Assembly (NCBI RefSeq): GCF_011386835.1
Contig: NC_088794.1
Coordinates: 144,212,001-144,276,000 of the forward strand
DNA from: Chrysemys picta bellii
Lineage: Eukaryota
Length of the DNA: 64,000 nt
Direction: 5' to 3'
Of the stretch, positions 60,212 through 64,000 are shown piece by piece; within the stretch, counting starts at the first letter, position 1; the number at the start of each line of letters is the position of its first letter. The notes under the pieces are model-generated. The model searched no databases and was not told where the DNA came from. It was given only the letters and a program-made list of their open reading frames with translations. The translations under genes were made by a program, and so were the position numbers.

Positions 60212-62844
60212 TAAACTTTCCTCAGGACAGTGGCGTGTGACTTTTCTCCCCCCTACCTGATGTGAGATGTGCTGTTCTGTCCCATTGGACTGCTGTGGAG
60301 CTCTTTAAACACATCTGTCCTGAAACACAGACTTCGGAACAGGTCCTTGATTCAAAACGGAGCAATGAGATTGGTTCCTGCCGCTGCAGCCCAGCCAGGA
60401 TAGTCTAATTTCTCCCTTTCGGTAAGGATGGGTTAAAGCAGCCTGGAGAAACCATCATGATGACTTCTCAGCCCTAGCACCAAATCTACTTGCTTGCCCT
60501 TTACCGTGCTGATTATAAAGAACAACTAATATTTTACTTACCTGTATTAAAATGTCGACTCTGGATGTGATGAAATTTGCAAGTCTGGGTTGAAGTTAAA
60601 TGGAGCTTGGACTGATCAAATATGAGAGGTCTCTGGGCTGGGTTCTCCAGGCTGTTCTGCCACTTTGTGCTGCTCAGTCAGCTCAAAGTGGCCAAATTCT
60701 GGCTGGAAGTTGCCAGTGGAGCTGTCGTTCCTTTCACAAGAAGTAAATCCCCACTGGTCTCAAGCCAGAGGAGCTGTCTCCTGCCCCAGCCGCTCTCCAC
60801 CCCTCTGGCAGAGGAGGTGTGCCAGGCGTAGGGGTGGGAGAATGAGACAGGTACAGAGGATCTCTGCTCTGCCTAGCCTCCAGTGGCCTAAATCCAGTGT
60901 AGGTTAAGTTAGCCCCTCAGCGGTTCTAAGTATCTCCAGGGGCAGGCAACTCAGATTCACCCACCTCTCCCGCTTGCCAGCTGGAACTTAGATGCAGGGG
61001 ACAATTGAATGCTGTATTGACATATTATGTGGGGGATGGGAAGGCCCAAAATTCAGTTCAATCCTTCTCTTGCAACTGCCTATAAACAGCTTCAGGCAAG
61101 TGATTGTATGAATATCCTGGGATTGCCAAAGGTTTTCCCACTAGGAAATTTCATTCTCCCACACACTCAATTTCTGCAATTGAGAGTGAGTTAAATACAC
61201 TCTCTTGTATCTACTGTGCTGCAGTGGGAGGGAGGTCTAGTGTAGTCTGAGACAAAGCAAACTGCCTCAGTGGAGCAAACCTCTATAAATTCAACTGTGT
61301 TTCTCTTTAGCTGGAGTGTTTGTCTGAGTGCTATTTATGACGCTTGGGTTTATTATTAAGTGTCAATAGCATGCTACTGATGTAGGAGACACTTTAATGT
61401 GCAGCTGATAGATCTGTCTGCCTTTCAGAAGTCTGCCTAGTATCTGCACTTTCGATGCACCAGAAAAGTTACCCACTGCCAGGCCGAAGAGGGGTAACTC
61501 TTGGGATTCAGTTCTGTGTCCTGTATTCCACCAGCTTCACAGGCCAGGAATAGAGTTCCTGACTGCCGGAATGATCCCATGTTAGCCCAAGACAGCTGCT
61601 CCTGTGTAAATGCACAAGGGAGGTCAGGGGAAGCTCTGACTGGGAGCCTTTCCCTCTTCTGCTTCTGCCGGTCCCGGGGCAGCTTCAGAAATGTTTTTTG
61701 CTGTGGTGCATGAAACTGTTAATTGAACAGGTGGAGAGCCAGATCCTCGGCTAGCATAAATCGGCCTAGCTCCAGCTGATGAAGTCACTGAGAATCTGGC
61801 CTGGGGTCTTGAAGTGTATGTTTTTTAACACCATCCACCAGGACTAGAGTGGTGCAACTCACGGCTTTGTTTCACCCTGGGTCATACTTTGCTTCACACC
61901 CCTCTGATTTAACTTTGAATTTTGAGTTCAAATAAACCTCAGAGCATCAGCCAGTCAGAACCGGCTAGTTTTGCTGCATTTGGTGTCCCACTCAAGTTTC
62001 CACCCGAAATGACAAACCAGCCCAGGCTCTTGGGAAGCTTTGTCCAGGTTTGCTGGAAGTTTCATCAACTGTTTTGCAGAGTTGGCCCAAGTTTTGTGTT
62101 GATGGACTGTGCTGTGGGAAATCGACCTGTGCTAATTGTGGGCGGTGGCGGTGTTCTTACTCGATCACATCCCTTTTCTAGACAGTAATTTTGTTTTAAG
62201 TAAAAAGAAGAGGCTTTTACATCTGAAAGGAGGAGGAACATGCAGTTCTGAGGCCAGATCCTCAGCTGATATAAATTGACATGGCTCTATTTGGAGTTGC
62301 ATCAGTTTACACCAGCTAAGAATTTAACTCTGGATTGGCATAAAATGTAGTAACATCTCCTGGAGGCCTGAATGGCTTGCAGACTGAATTCAGTTACTCG
62401 GGAATTGTAGTGATCCCTTTTTGTTCTCAACAGTAGGTGTCGCCGCTGTCAGCTAGAATGGCTAGGGAAGGTTTTACGCATAGGCCAGAAAAACTGCAAC
62501 TGTAATATCACCTCTTTAAAAACCGAACTTGGATTCACATATTTAGCTCATCTTCAGCAGGAAATGTGTAAATGTATTGTGCAACCGTAAGAATTAATAA
62601 GTAATATGGAACTATTTCATTCTTTGGCTGATGATCAGTCCCTAATATGTGGGCTCTGAAAACAAACACCAATAAAAGCATATGGGCCAGTGAGTTTTAA
62701 AGGTCAAGAATAAAAGCAGTAGGTACATTTTGAATCTGCTTACAAGCATCTAATACAGTATCAGTTAAAATGTACTGATTAGTATTATCCTGAGAACACT
62801 TATTGCATGTAGATGCATTACAAAGGGACTTTTGGCATTGATGA

Positions 62845-63010
62845 TTATAATAATAATACCTGCTCTTATACAGTGCCTTTCATCAGTAGATCTCAAAGCA
62901 CGTTACAATCTTTAATGGATTTATCCTCACCACACACCTGTGAGACAGGGTAGTGCTGTTTTGCCCATTTTTACGGAGAGGCTACGTGACTTGCCCGAGG
63001 TCACACAGGA
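62845..63010 (-). mobile_element. MIR/CORE-SINE remnant
   Basis: gcccatttttacggagaggctacgtgacttgcccgaggtcacacag. Confidence 0.6.
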
Positions 63011-63084
63011 GTGATTTAAAAGGCACGATCCTCTGTATTCCTCAGGCCAGGGCTCAGAAATGATTAGTTATACATAAGACACTG

Positions 63085-63215
63085 TGGTGTACCGGAGAAG
63101 GCACTGTGCTGAGTCAATTCTATTCCTGACTCTGCCACTGGCTCGCTGTGCGACCTTGGTCAAGTCATGTCACTTCTCCCTGCCTCAGTTTCTCTCTCTG
63201 TTAAATGGGGATAAT
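63085..63215 (+). mobile_element. MIR/CORE-SINE remnant
   Basis: gctgtgcgaccttggtcaagtca...ctgcctcagtttctctctctgttaaatggggataatgg. Confidence 0.7.
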
Positions 63216-64000
63216 GGTATTTCATCCTTTCTCTCATTCGCTTTAGCCATAACTGCTTCCGCTGGTGGAAATACTGAACAAAGGAGCATCCCAATCCAGC
63301 GGTCTGGCTTCTAAGTCCCACTGAGGGGAACTGCTTGTGAAAGTTGTTCTGCGGGATGTCAGTGGCACCTAGTATATTAGATAACGCAGCCAGGGAGAGA
63401 ATCCCCTTGACTTCACATTGCTGCTGTGTGATAGAGGAATACATAATGTAGCTAATGTGCCAAGCAGTGCGGGCCCAGGACTCACACAAAGGCATCCCCC
63501 CCTAGTTTCTCAGTCATCTGCACAGGCACTAATTTATTTACCATTCACTTTTCAATTTCGCACTGTTTAAACGTAGTTGCTAATGGGATTTCTAGTTTCT
63601 ATAATCGGGGCGGACAGGCTGTTCTGAGCACTGTGCTAGCCAGACTGCTATAGGCTACTCCATCTTGTAGACAGGTAGTAGCGTGCTTACATCCGACAGG
63701 ACTGTCACTGGCTGGCAGGCCCTGTACAGTGCTGCGGGACTCTTCTGTTGAGCCACCCTAAGCTCAGGGACTAAAACGCACCATTAACAGTTAGGATAAT
63801 TATGACTGCTGCCTCATGCTGGCAGGCAGATCTCATTAGTTCAAGCCAGAGCATGAAGGGGACAGGTGTGTCTCTGTGGGTCAGAGCAGGTCGTGGAGGA
63901 AATCCCTAGGAACAGTCAAACTTCGGGAGGCTGAGTTTGATGTTGTGGTGTTTGTTTTTGCTGTTGCCAGTAGTTAGGCTGCAAAAAGCAGGCGAGTTTG

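Noticed and set aside
50049-64000. Next ARMH4 exon (VRSWMEKLKDK-like) and the transmembrane exon
   Set aside because: No matching sequence found by eye. It probably lies beyond the window, although a very short exon could have been missed.

Overview
Eukaryotic (vertebrate) genomic DNA, most likely from a turtle. The evidence is turtle-type tRNA-derived SINEs with CR1-like tails, many CR1 LINE fragments, Penelope-like ends, hAT and PIF/Harbinger MITEs, and a DIRS fragment. The only host gene is ARMH4 (C14orf37) on the + strand, recognised from remembered similarity to the human protein rather than a database search. It has a CpG-island promoter and putative exon 1 (donor at 6778/6779), then coding exons 18778-20230, 23230-23478, 25451-25681 and 49812-50048. 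These splice GT-AG in one open frame. The remaining exons (transmembrane and cytoplasmic tail) were not found and should lie beyond the window. Most of the rest is transposon-derived, including a roughly 10 kb nested cluster in intron 4. The most notable observation is a minimal hammerhead-ribozyme architecture in two different Penelope-like families. One copy sits in a TSD-flanked insertion with a perfect 85-bp hairpin. A putative in-frame ATG at the very end of exon 1 would add 20 aa before the signal peptide. There is no CRISPR array, rRNA or genuine tRNA gene. Boundaries of old repeats are approximate, and repeat family names come from motif recognition only.
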